DNA of 61,070 nucleotides, the filler included, from an uncultured bacterium (GTDB taxonomy: Bacteria; CAZSTA01): NCBI GenBank assembly GCA_964609495.1. It is 3 parts of 3 records of this genome, joined end to end, with 100 filler letters (N's around TTAATTAATTAA, not from the genome) between each part and the next. Parts side by side here need not be neighbours in the genome. Positions count along the whole stretch, not along the records: positions 1 to 20,446 come from CAZSTA010000047.1; 2 more parts are not named here. The stretch is one strand, 5' to 3'. Shown here piece by piece: positions 9,489 through 19,146 of the stretch. Below the pieces are notes generated by a model. The model saw only the letters and a list, made by a program, of their open reading frames with translations. It was not told the DNA's origin and did no database searches. The stretch's first letter is position 1. Each line of letters opens with the position of its first letter. The position numbers and the translations under genes were made by a program.

Positions 9489-9624
9489 AAAATTTTTTGA
9501 GCATAAAAGTCTTTTCAGATGCCTAATCTGAAGACATTTACTCATCTTTCACTTACTTTTTCAAATACTAGCCAAAAGTCATTATCAATAGCGGATTTCC
9601 TCTAAGTCGATAGGTGCTATAACA

Positions 9625-9826
9625 CTGAAATAATTTTTATGCAATTAAATATATGACCAAATCAAAAAGAGTTTCTATCTCTATTTCCTGAATAGCCTCC
9701 TAGTATAAATATAACATGTCATCCCATTCATCTTTTTATTTATACAATACGTCCTTTGCATTTTTCCCTCTTCCCTCAAACTTAGGCCAGATAAATTGAT
9801 AACCTCCTCCACAATAATTATTTCAG
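9625..9826. mobile_element. MITE-like 202-bp segment
   Basis: 17-bp inverted ends ctgaaataatttttatg (9625-9641) / cacaataattatttcag (9810-9826), 15/17 match; AT-rich interior. Confidence 0.4.
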
Positions 9827-9859
9827 CATAGGGTCAAATTAGTGCCACCTAAAAAAAAC

Positions 9860-9888
9860 TTGACAAGATAGATATATTTTTGTATAAT
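9860..9888 (+). promoter_or_regulatory. Consensus sigma70 promoter
   Basis: TTGACA-N17-TATAAT. Confidence 0.8.
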
Positions 9889-9931
9889 GAACATAGGTCT
9901 AATTATAGAGCGATTTTAGGGAGAAAATATT

Positions 9932-10324
9932 TTGGATCTCGAGCTAGAGGATAATAACAAATGTTTTGCCTGTGGTAAAGATAATCCGATCGGTTTAAAA
10001 TTGAAATTCGAGTGGAATGAAGGAATATCTTACGCGGAATTTACCCCTAAAGAGGAGCATCAGGGCTGGCGAGGTGTTGTTCACGGAGGTATAATAAGCA
10101 CTCTGCTTGATGAGACTATGGTTTGGTCTATGTGCTTCCTCGACATCAAAGCCATGACAGTTCAAATGGAAGTTCGCTATCGTAAACCAGCTGAAATAGG
10201 AGAGAAATTGATGCTCAAAGGAGAGATAGCGAGTCAGAGAGGAAGGTTGATTCAAGCGAAAGCTCAGATTCACTCGAATAAAGGATTGGTCGCCGAAGCT
10301 ACCGGGAAGTTCCTAAGGATCTGA
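9932..10324 (+). CDS. PaaI family hot-dog thioesterase
   Basis: CFACGKDNPIGL, HGGIISTLLDE. Confidence 0.88.
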   Translation: MDLELEDNNKCFACGKDNPIGLKLKFEWNEGISYAEFTPKEEHQGWRGVVHGGIISTLLDETMVWSMCFLDIKAMTVQMEVRYRKPAEIGEKLMLKGEIASQRGRLIQAKAQIHSNKGLVAEATGKFLRI

Positions 10325-10361
10325 AACAAAATTGCTGTAAATATAGTATTAAAAGGGAGAG

Positions 10362-11876
10362 GTGGGAATGACGATTCCTGAGAAGTTGGAGAGAGCTGTT
10401 AGCAAATACCCAGATGATATCGCGGTTATATTCAATGATTTGAGAATAACCTATCGCTCCTTAAATGAAATGGTTAACAAATTAGCAAATGGTCTGCGAT
10501 CTTTAGGGGTAAAGAAGGAAGACAAAGTCGCGATCATCTTCCCCAACTGTCCTCAGTTCATCATAAGTTATTTGGCGATAGTTAAGTTAGGAGCTACAGT
10601 AGTTCCGATCAATTTTCTATTCAAAGCTGAAGAGGTATCCTATATACTTGATAATTCGGATGCTGAAATATTGATAACTCTCTCCAACTTCAAGGATTTA
10701 GCAGTTGGTCTATCCTCTAAAATTAAAAGCATTAAGAAAGTTATCATATCCTCGAAGGAGAAGATGGAAGGAGATCTTCTCCATTTTGAAAAGATATTAC
10801 AGGAACAACCCTCGGAGATAAAGCCCGTAGATATAAATCCAGCGGAGGATGTAGCATCTATTCTCTATACGTCGGGAACTACCGGAAAACCTAAGGGGGC
10901 GATGCTCACCCATAAGAACCTGGTCTTCGATACGGAATCGTGCATCGAGGCTATTAAAGTTACTCCAGCGGATAGGTTCATCTGCGTCTTGCCTCTCTTT
11001 CACTCCTTCGCAGCTACTGTATGTATGCTAATTCCTCTCCTCTCGGGAGGAAGCACGATTCTAATTCCCAGATTCGTTCCGAAGGAAGTTTTAGGGAAGA
11101 TAGCCGCGGAGGGGGCTTCAATATTTATTGGTGTTCCCTCAATGTATGCGGTATGGGCTAATATGAAGCCTCCTGATCTCGATCTAAGCTCTTGGCGACT
11201 TGCTATCTCTGGTGGCGCTCCTATGCCAGTTGAAGTTCTCAAGCGATTTGAAGAGAAATACCCGGTTAAGATATACGAGGGAGATGGCCCCACAGAGTGC
11301 TCTCCCGTGACGAGCGTTAATCCGATCGATGGGATTCGTAAGATCGGCTCTATCGGTCTGCCGATAAAGGGAGTCCAGATGAAGATCGTTGATGATAACG
11401 ATAATGAAGTTACCCGAGGGGAGGTCGGGGAGATCGTCGTCAAAGGCGATAACGTTATGAAAGGATACTACAAGAATCCAGAGGCTACCGCGGAGGCTAT
11501 AAAGAATGGCTGGTTCCATACTGGTGACCTGGGGAAAGAAGATGAAGATGGTTACTTTTACATCGTCGATCGGAAGAAAGATATGATCATCGTCGGGGGA
11601 TTAAATGTCTATCCGAGAGAGGTGGAAGAGGTCCTTTATCAGCATCCCAAGATCGCTGAGGCGGCAGTTATTGGGATTCCTGAGGAGTTGAGAGGCGAGA
11701 TGGTTAAGGCTCTTATCGTCCTTAAACCAGATGAGACCGCTACCCCTCTGGAGGTAATTAAATATTGTCGAGATAGATTAGCTTCCTTCAAAGTTCCTCG
11801 TCAGGTGGAGTTCAGGGATGAGCTTCCTAAGGGGCCTACGGGGAAGATATTAAAGAGAGCATTGCGGGAGAAGTGA
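10362..11876 (+). CDS. fadD: Long-chain fatty acid--CoA ligase (AMP-binding)
   Basis: YTSGTTGKPKG, WFHTGDLG, DRKKDMII, PKGPTGKI. Confidence 0.88.
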   Translation: MGMTIPEKLERAVSKYPDDIAVIFNDLRITYRSLNEMVNKLANGLRSLGVKKEDKVAIIFPNCPQFIISYLAIVKLGATVVPINFLFKAEEVSYILDNSDAEILITLSNFKDLAVGLSSKIKSIKKVIISSKEKMEGDLLHFEKILQEQPSEIKPVDINPAEDVASILYTSGTTGKPKGAMLTHKNLVFDTESCIEAIKVTPADRFICVLPLFHSFAATVCMLIPLLSGGSTILIPRFVPKEVLGKIAAEGASIFIGVPSMYAVWANMKPPDLDLSSWRLAISGGAPMPVEVLKRFEEKYPVKIYEGDGPTECSPVTSVNPIDGIRKIGSIGLPIKGVQMKIVDDNDNEVTRGEVGEIVVKGDNVMKGYYKNPEATAEAIKNGWFHTGDLGKEDEDGYFYIVDRKKDMIIVGGLNVYPREVEEVLYQHPKIAEAAVIGIPEELRGEMVKALIVLKPDETATPLEVIKYCRDRLASFKVPRQVEFRDELPKGPTGKILKRALREK

Positions 11877-11880
11877 TCCT

Positions 11881-12129
11881 ATGTCTAGGAAGATCGAGAT
11901 AGAAATCTCAGCTGAGATAGATATTATATTATCTACTTTGGTAGAACGAGGCTTGTATCAGAGCAAAGAGGAGATGATTATAGATCTCCTAGAGAGGGTT
12001 TTGTCTGATTATACAAATAAACCCTCTATAAAACTCGAAAGTTTCCCTGAGGCTGATCTCGGTAAAATCAAGGAGGATATGATAACTCGAGCTTCGATAT
12101 ATAATGACTACCTATCTGATAGATTCTAA
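11881..12129 (+). CDS. Ribbon-helix-helix antitoxin-like protein (VapB-like)
   Basis: N-terminal beta strand plus LVERGLYQSKEE helix pattern; overlaps the start of a PIN-domain remnant. Confidence 0.6.
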   Translation: MSRKIEIEISAEIDIILSTLVERGLYQSKEEMIIDLLERVLSDYTNKPSIKLESFPEADLGKIKEDMITRASIYNDYLSDRF

Positions 12130-12193
12130 TATCAATGAGCGACATTTCAATAAATTTAAGTTTCTGGAAGTGATAAATCCTTTCAATGAGTGA
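12104..12193 (+). pseudogene. vapC: Internally deleted VapC/PIN toxin
   Basis: MTTYLIDSNI (PIN N-terminal DxN motif) fused in frame to [17 protein letters not shown] (PIN C-terminal pattern); only 29 aa. Confidence 0.7.
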
Positions 12194-12650
12194 AAATACT
12201 ACCGAGAGAAATATAGTTGTAAACAGAAAAGCAAGGTATAACTATAATATTGAAGAAACTATCGAAGCAGGGATCGCCTTAGTAGGAACAGAGGTGAAGT
12301 CTCTGCGAGAACGTAAAGTCAATATGGGTGATAGCTATGCCCAGGTAGTTGATGGTGAGATATATCTATGCCAGATGCATATCAGCCCCTATAAAGCTGG
12401 CAATCGCTTCAATCACGATCCTACGCGAAGGAGAAAACTTCTCCTTCATCGCCGACAGATCAATTATCTGATCGGTCAGATTCAACAGAAGGGCAAAACC
12501 CTGATCCCGTTAAGATTGTATTTCAAGAATGGATTTGTGAAGGTAGAATTAGCTATAGCTCGAGGGAAGCATTTATACGATAAGCGTCAAGATATAGCAA
12601 AGAGGGAAGCTCAAAGAGAGATAGAGAGAGCTATGAGATCCAGATATTAA
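12186..12650 (+). CDS. smpB: SsrA-binding protein SmpB
   Basis: [35 protein letters not shown]. Confidence 0.97.
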   Translation: MSENTTERNIVVNRKARYNYNIEETIEAGIALVGTEVKSLRERKVNMGDSYAQVVDGEIYLCQMHISPYKAGNRFNHDPTRRRKLLLHRRQINYLIGQIQQKGKTLIPLRLYFKNGFVKVELAIARGKHLYDKRQDIAKREAQREIERAMRSRY

Positions 12651-12662
12651 TTTTCACTACTT

Positions 12663-13027
<365 letters not shown>

Positions 13028-13070
13028 ATATCTATTATGAATTATTCAAGAGTGATAATTAAGATATTAA

Positions 13071-13100
13071 AGGTAATTGAATATTCGATTACCTAATTTT
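13071..13100 (+). terminator. Hairpin terminator after ssrA
   Basis: aggtaattgaa / ttcgattacct followed by aatttt. Confidence 0.5.
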
Positions 13101-13108
13101 ATTATTTA

Positions 13109-15330
13109 CTCAATAGGGAGACTACCAACATTGGGAAGTGATTGGGAAAAATCTTAAGATAAAAGTTTTATCATTTTGCAAGTGAAATATGAATAGAAAT
13201 GGGGGTGCGAAGGATAAAAATATGAAAAAAATTTTAATAGGAATTGTAATTTCGGCTGTTTTGTTGATATCTGGTTGGAAACTATATCAGGAAGACACCA
13301 CCCCGCTCATCCCACGCGAAGTCTTGTTCGGCAACCCGGACAAAGTCTCAGCCCGGATCAGCCCTGATGGGGCCCAAATCAGCTACCTTGCCCCGGTAGA
13401 TGGCGTGCTCAACGTCTGGGTGGGGCCTGCTGATGATCCTTCAGCGGCCAAGCCGGTCACGGACGATACCGATCGCGGCATCCGCGGCTACTTCTGGGCT
13501 TACACTAACGATCACATCCTTTACATCCAGGACAAGGCCGGTGATGAGAACTGGCGGATCTACAGCGTGAACCTGAACACCGGCGAGATCAAGGATCTCA
13601 CTCCGGTAAAAGGTGTGCAGGCTCGAATTTATGGGGTCAGCCCCAAGTTCCCAGACGAGATCCTTGTCGCGCTCAACGACCGTGTCCCTCAGCTTCACGA
13701 CCTCTACCGTGTCAACATCGACACTGGCGAGAGGAGTCTCATTCTGGAAAATGAGGGGTTCCTGAGCTTCGTCATTGACGATGACTACAACGTCCGCTTT
13801 GCGATACGGATGACGCCCGACGGCGGGAGCGAGATACTCAAGCCGACCGAAGAAGGAGGTTGGGAACTGTTTGTAAAGATCACAATGGAGGACATGCTCA
13901 CCACGGGCCCTGTTGGGTTTGACAAGACAGGCAAGATTCTGTATATGATCGACAGCCGTGATCGGAACACCGCGGCACTGTTCGCGCTGGACCTCGAAAC
14001 CGGAGAGCAGACCTTGATCGCCGAGGATCCACGAGCGGACGTCAGCGACTTAATGATTCATCCGACGGAGAAGAACATTCAGGCTGTCGCTTTCACCTAC
14101 GAGCGCAAGCACTGGCAGATCCTCGACGAGTCCATTGCGGAAGACCTGGCCTACCTCAGCACAGTTGCCGATGGCGATGTCGAGGTTGTGGATCGGACAC
14201 TTGATGATAAATACTGGACCGTCGCCTACGTCATGGACAATGGCCCGCTGCGCTACTATCGCTACGACCGCGAGGGGCAGGAAGCGCAGTTCCTGTTCAC
14301 GCATCGCAAAGAGCTGGAGGGTTTGCCCCTGGCGAAGATGCATCCGGTGGTCATCGAATCGCGAGATGATCTGAACCTGGTCAGCTACTACACACTGCCG
14401 GTAGGGAGCGACAGCGATGGCGACGCTCGTCCCGATGAGCCTCTGCCAATGGTGCTGCTTGTGCATGGCGGACCGTGGGGGCGCGACAGCTGGGGTTATA
14501 ACGAGTTGCATCAGTGGTTGGCTAACCGTGGCTATGCAGTGCTGAGCGTCAACTTCCGTGGTTCCACCGGATTTGGCAAGGCCTTTATCAACGCTAGCAC
14601 TCTGGAGTGGGGCGGAAAGATGCACGATGATCTCATCGACGCCGTTGAGTGGGCGATCCAGGAAGGGATCGCTGACCCCGATCAGGTGGCGATCATGGGC
14701 GGTAGCTACGGCGGATACGCTACGCTGGCGGGCCTGACGCTCACACCAGAGAAGTTTGCCTGCGGAGTAGATATCGTGGGGCCATCGAACCTGATAACAT
14801 TGCTTGAGTCGATCCCGCCCTACTGGACGCCGCAAATCGAGCTGTTCGCAACGCGCGTGGGCGATCACAGAACGGAGGAGGGCCGAGCCCTCCTGACCGA
14901 GCGCTCCCCGCTGACTTACGTGGACCAGATTCAGCGACCACTGCTGATCGGCCAGGGGGCCAATGACCCGCGCTGCAAGCAGGCCGAGTCTGACCAGATC
15001 GTCCAGGCGATGCAGGAGAAGGGCATCCCAGTGACGTATGTGCTGTATCCAGACGAGGGACACGGCTTCGCCAGACCGGAGAATAACCTGTCATTCTTCG
15101 CTGTAGCTGAGGCGTTCCTCTCCGAGTGTCTGGGCGGACGGTTTGAGCCTATCGGCGATGATTTCGAAGGTTCAAGCATCACCGTTCCCGTTGGAGCCGA
15201 GGGGGTACCTGGCTTGACGGAGGCTCTTTCGGAGTGACGCTCGCCGGTAAGTGGAGCAGGCTATGAAATAACCTTAGCTACTATTCTCACTAATCCCCTG
15301 TTCCTTTCCTTTGGTAGTCTCCTTATTTAG
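13109..15330. mobile_element. Inverted-repeat-bounded, transposase-less cassette carrying a GC-rich peptidase
   Basis: ctcaatagggagactaccaa (13109-13128) vs reverse complement of 15311-15330 ctaaataaggagactaccaa, 18/20; interior about 55-60% GC. Confidence 0.55.
13222..15237 (+). CDS. S9 family prolyl oligopeptidase / acylaminoacyl peptidase with signal or anchor peptide
   Basis: HGGPW, GGSYGG nucleophile, GANDPR, DEGHGF; beta-propeller N-terminal half. Confidence 0.93.
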   Translation: MKKILIGIVISAVLLISGWKLYQEDTTPLIPREVLFGNPDKVSARISPDGAQISYLAPVDGVLNVWVGPADDPSAAKPVTDDTDRGIRGYFWAYTNDHILYIQDKAGDENWRIYSVNLNTGEIKDLTPVKGVQARIYGVSPKFPDEILVALNDRVPQLHDLYRVNIDTGERSLILENEGFLSFVIDDDYNVRFAIRMTPDGGSEILKPTEEGGWELFVKITMEDMLTTGPVGFDKTGKILYMIDSRDRNTAALFALDLETGEQTLIAEDPRADVSDLMIHPTEKNIQAVAFTYERKHWQILDESIAEDLAYLSTVADGDVEVVDRTLDDKYWTVAYVMDNGPLRYYRYDREGQEAQFLFTHRKELEGLPLAKMHPVVIESRDDLNLVSYYTLPVGSDSDGDARPDEPLPMVLLVHGGPWGRDSWGYNELHQWLANRGYAVLSVNFRGSTGFGKAFINASTLEWGGKMHDDLIDAVEWAIQEGIADPDQVAIMGGSYGGYATLAGLTLTPEKFACGVDIVGPSNLITLLESIPPYWTPQIELFATRVGDHRTEEGRALLTERSPLTYVDQIQRPLLIGQGANDPRCKQAESDQIVQAMQEKGIPVTYVLYPDEGHGFARPENNLSFFAVAEAFLSECLGGRFEPIGDDFEGSSITVPVGAEGVPGLTEALSE

Positions 15331-15425
15331 CATTGATGTAGTCGATAACTCCTTTATAGTACAGACGTGGATCTGTCAGCGTATTATAATTATATATCAA
15401 CATTGTTGAGGGAGACTACCCAATT

Positions 15426-16973
15426 ATGTCAGTTCATACAATTATAGATTGTTATACAGATGAACCCGCGGGATTGGGAGTCCCACCATATATAGGGATC
15501 TATCCCCGATACGTAGCTGGTGCTATTAAGGGAGATGTATTCTATTTAACTATAGACGATATAAGATTCTACAGCAAGTATAATTCAACTGTCCCCAAAA
15601 CTATCAAGCTTGATAAAACCAAGATCGAAATTAAAAATTTGACGAGTAATGCCGAGAATGTCAGGGATATACTGGAACAAACTGATATCTTAATCGTTAT
15701 AATGGGTGTTCATACCCCAGGGAGGTACTTATCTGCGGTTCCAGGGACTCTGGGCGAGCTATTGCCAGCGATTAGCGACTTAAAGTGTCCGAAAATTTTA
15801 GGGGGTCCTATAGCTACTGAGCATGGCTCTGGCTTAAGAGGAGGAAGATTAGTCTCCAAAGATCTAAGATCTAAAATCGAGAAGGTCTTCGATGTTATAG
15901 TGGCTGGCGACTTAGAGGCTGTTATTAATTCTCTTGATGAACCTGATAAGAAACGCAGTTACTCCGAATTAAGAGAATTTGCGATCAAAGGAGCCTCTAT
16001 AGTCAAGCAGATTCCATATCCCCTGATAGCAGAGATAGAGACGAGTAGAGGATGTCTGCGCCCAATTCATTGTAGTTTCTGCACAGAATCGTTGAGATAT
16101 AAGGAAGTAGAGTTTAGAGAGCAGAAGGATATCATAGATGAGGTAAAGGAGTTATATAGATTAGGGGTAAGACATTTTAGACTCGGAAGGCAATCGAGCT
16201 TTTACTCGTATAAAAACTGTGATCCCAAGGAGATTGAGAAGTTATTAAAACCGATAGGAGAAGAGTGTCCCTATATAGAAGTATTGCATATCGATAATGT
16301 AAATCCTACTGAAGTAGTAGGAGAAAATGGGGAAGCTATAACCAAATTGATCGTCAAATACTGTACAGCGGGGAATGTTGCTGCCTTTGGAGTAGAGACA
16401 TTTGATCCCGAGGTTATAGAGCGAAACGATCTGAACGCTTCTCCTGAGCAGGTATATAAAGCGATTGTAATATTAAATGAACTTGGCTCTGAACGAGGCG
16501 ATAACGGATTACCGAAGTTTTTGCCGGGCATTAATCTACTCCTCGGCTTAGCAGGAGAATCTAAAAAAACATTTGAAGAGAACTACTCCTGGTTAGAGAA
16601 AATCCTCAAAAATAATTTATTGTTGCGTAGAATCAATATAAGACAAGTTATACCCTTTCCCGGAACACCTTTATATAAAAGTGTTGGTAATAAATATCTG
16701 AGGAAAAATAGGAAGTATTACTGGAAATTCCGCGATAAAATAAGGCATAATATAGATTTGCCGATGCTTCAGAGATTAGTTCCTACTGGAACCGTAATTA
16801 AAGATTTGAGAACGGAAGTACTGGATGGAATGACCACCTTTTGCAGACAAATTGGGACATACCCCTTGATCGTCGGAATACCTGGAAAACGGATAGAATT
16901 GGATAAATTTATAAATATTAGAGTAGTAGATCATATGTTAAGGAGTGTAGTTGGAGAAGTAATCGAAAAGTAG
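15426..16973 (+). CDS. Radical SAM protein, COG1031-like, with a C-terminal TRAM-like region
   Basis: IIDCYTDEPAGLGVPPYI N-terminus; CLRPIHCSFC (CX5CX2C); RRINIRQV. Confidence 0.8.
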   Translation: MSVHTIIDCYTDEPAGLGVPPYIGIYPRYVAGAIKGDVFYLTIDDIRFYSKYNSTVPKTIKLDKTKIEIKNLTSNAENVRDILEQTDILIVIMGVHTPGRYLSAVPGTLGELLPAISDLKCPKILGGPIATEHGSGLRGGRLVSKDLRSKIEKVFDVIVAGDLEAVINSLDEPDKKRSYSELREFAIKGASIVKQIPYPLIAEIETSRGCLRPIHCSFCTESLRYKEVEFREQKDIIDEVKELYRLGVRHFRLGRQSSFYSYKNCDPKEIEKLLKPIGEECPYIEVLHIDNVNPTEVVGENGEAITKLIVKYCTAGNVAAFGVETFDPEVIERNDLNASPEQVYKAIVILNELGSERGDNGLPKFLPGINLLLGLAGESKKTFEENYSWLEKILKNNLLLRRINIRQVIPFPGTPLYKSVGNKYLRKNRKYYWKFRDKIRHNIDLPMLQRLVPTGTVIKDLRTEVLDGMTTFCRQIGTYPLIVGIPGKRIELDKFINIRVVDHMLRSVVGEVIEK

Positions 16974-17009
16974 TTAAATACTATCTTAGCAAAAGGTATC
17001 GATCACCTT

Positions 17010-18524
17010 ATGAAAAATAACCGCGTATTAGTAATAATATTATCACTCATTCTTACCATAATCTTCTCCGAAAACGTTATTGGACAAGATATTGAGGTTA
17101 TAATCGAGGGGAAGAAGGTTGATAATAAGGATATAATTGTACTCGATGGTAGATCCTATATCTATGCGGCAACCCTTGCTGATCTCATAGGTGCTAACTA
17201 TAATTGGCTTCCTTCGAGCAAAACTTTGCTATTTACCTTGGGATCCAGAGTAGTGAGGATGACAATCGGTAGCTCTCAAGCTAATATCGATGGTGATGAA
17301 TTGGATATGGGGTCCAAGGTTAGGTTAATCAATAATAGAGCTATGGTGCCCTTAAAGTTCGCTGCTCAAACCTTACTAGCTAATACTACCTGGGATGCCG
17401 AGAATAGAAGGATAATTGTGGAGAAGATACTGGTAAAGGTTACAAGTATTCGCTATAATTCTTACGCTGATTATACCCGCGTGGCTATCGATTTAAACGC
17501 TCCCACTAATTACAAGGTCGATAAATTGCAGGACCCAGAGAGGATCTTCTTGACCTTATATAACACCTCTCTAGGAGTCGAAGAAGGGCTTACTCCCGTC
17601 TCAGATCCTCGATTTATAAAATATATAAGAGCAAAATCGAGCGATTCTACTGTTCAGATAACTTTAGATCTGAAGCGTCCAGCAGATTATGCCACCTTTA
17701 CCCTGAAAAAACCTGATAGGATCGTGGTTGACGTGAAGCAACCTCCCGCTATCTTAGTTAGGAAGGAAGGAGAGAGGGAGGAGGAGGTTAGTAAGGAAAT
17801 CGAAGAGGAGGTAACCGCTCCTATTAAAGATGAGATCGTGATCGTGATCGATCCAGGACATGGAGGACATGATCCGGGAGCTGTAGGACCTACTAAACTG
17901 AAGGAGAAAGATGTTGTTCTTGATGTCGCTAAGAGGCTTAAGAATCTATTCAAAGATGATAAAAAAGTAAAAGTTTTCCTTACTCGTGAAGGAGATGTTT
18001 TCATTCCCCTCCCAGATAGAACGGCTTTCGCTAACAAGAAACAAGCCGATATATTTATTAGTATTCATGCCAATGCGGCTTATAGCTCGTATGCTAAAGG
18101 GATAGAGACCTATTATCTGGATAGAGCTACTAATAAACACGCCTTAGAGGTAGCTATGAGGGAGAACGCTTGGGGATTCGAGATAATGGATAAAGCCTTC
18201 GCTGATGAGACGAACAGTCTGATCGAAGCCATCCTACAAGATATGGTTATGACCTACAAGATGGATGAGAGTAAAGATCTCACTAGATATATCCAAACAA
18301 GTATGATAAATGGGCTAAAGCTCACCGATCGTAAGGTGAAGGGAGCGCCCTTCTTGGTGCTTAGAGGAACTTTGATGCCAGCTATCCTAGTGGAGATAGC
18401 CTTTATCTCTAATCCCGCGGAGGAGAAGCTGTTAAAAACAGCCTCCTTCCGCCAGAAAGCGGCTCAAAGTTTATATCAAGGTATAAAAAGTTATGTTAAG
18501 GCTACGAAAGGTAGTTGGGATTGA
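17010..18524 (+). CDS. N-acetylmuramoyl-L-alanine amidase (Cu-amine-oxidase-N stalk, AMIN, Amidase_3)
   Basis: Signal peptide; TRVAIDL...DPERI AMIN motifs; IDPGHGGHDPGA, ISIHAN, LVEIAFISN. Confidence 0.92.
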   Translation: MKNNRVLVIILSLILTIIFSENVIGQDIEVIIEGKKVDNKDIIVLDGRSYIYAATLADLIGANYNWLPSSKTLLFTLGSRVVRMTIGSSQANIDGDELDMGSKVRLINNRAMVPLKFAAQTLLANTTWDAENRRIIVEKILVKVTSIRYNSYADYTRVAIDLNAPTNYKVDKLQDPERIFLTLYNTSLGVEEGLTPVSDPRFIKYIRAKSSDSTVQITLDLKRPADYATFTLKKPDRIVVDVKQPPAILVRKEGEREEEVSKEIEEEVTAPIKDEIVIVIDPGHGGHDPGAVGPTKLKEKDVVLDVAKRLKNLFKDDKKVKVFLTREGDVFIPLPDRTAFANKKQADIFISIHANAAYSSYAKGIETYYLDRATNKHALEVAMRENAWGFEIMDKAFADETNSLIEAILQDMVMTYKMDESKDLTRYIQTSMINGLKLTDRKVKGAPFLVLRGTLMPAILVEIAFISNPAEEKLLKTASFRQKAAQSLYQGIKSYVKATKGSWD

Positions 18525-18535
18525 GCGGGGTGGAT

Positions 18536-19135
18536 ATGTCCGATCGAGCTAGAAAATTCAAAATATTATATATTCTCTTAGCTTTGCTCATAATCCTCTT
18601 AGGATTCGATGCGGTCTCATTCTATAGAGGTCGTTCGGAGAGGAGAATTGAGGAAAAAATGCTATCTGAGACTGTAGAAGGGAAAAGACCTATTGAACCC
18701 CTTTCCGAGAAAGAGCAGATCACCTTTAAACTTTACTTCAGTGATGCGAGCGCCGAATATTTAGTAGCTGAGGAGAGAAAAATTGATAAGGATAAAGATA
18801 CTCCCCAAGAGATGATCCTCCAACTTATTAGAGGCCCAAAAGGGGATTTATATTCCACCATTCCTCCTCAAACAGAACTTAAAGCCCTCTATCTAAGTGA
18901 TGGGGTTGCTTATGTAGATTTTAACCAAAACTTTATCAAAAATCAGATAGGAGGTAGTGCCGAAGAGCTGTTGTCCATCTATTCTATTGTTAATACCCTT
19001 ACGGAATTTCCTGATATAGATAAAGTTCAGATCTTGGTAGAGGGAGAGGAAATCTCAACTGTAGCTGGGCATATAGATACTAGTTCTCCCTTAGATAGAA
19101 ATGAATCTCTAATCGCGAAACAACCGATAGATTGA
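18536..19135 (+). CDS. GerMN domain membrane-anchored protein
   Basis: N-terminal [34 protein letters not shown]. Confidence 0.85.
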   Translation: MSDRARKFKILYILLALLIILLGFDAVSFYRGRSERRIEEKMLSETVEGKRPIEPLSEKEQITFKLYFSDASAEYLVAEERKIDKDKDTPQEMILQLIRGPKGDLYSTIPPQTELKALYLSDGVAYVDFNQNFIKNQIGGSAEELLSIYSIVNTLTEFPDIDKVQILVEGEEISTVAGHIDTSSPLDRNESLIAKQPID

Positions 19136-19146
19136 GAAAGGACAGG

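Noticed and set aside
14050-15063. 337-aa antisense ORF and other shadow ORFs in the track
   Set aside because: They lie opposite well-supported genes, mostly in GC-rich DNA, with no RBS or recognisable motifs
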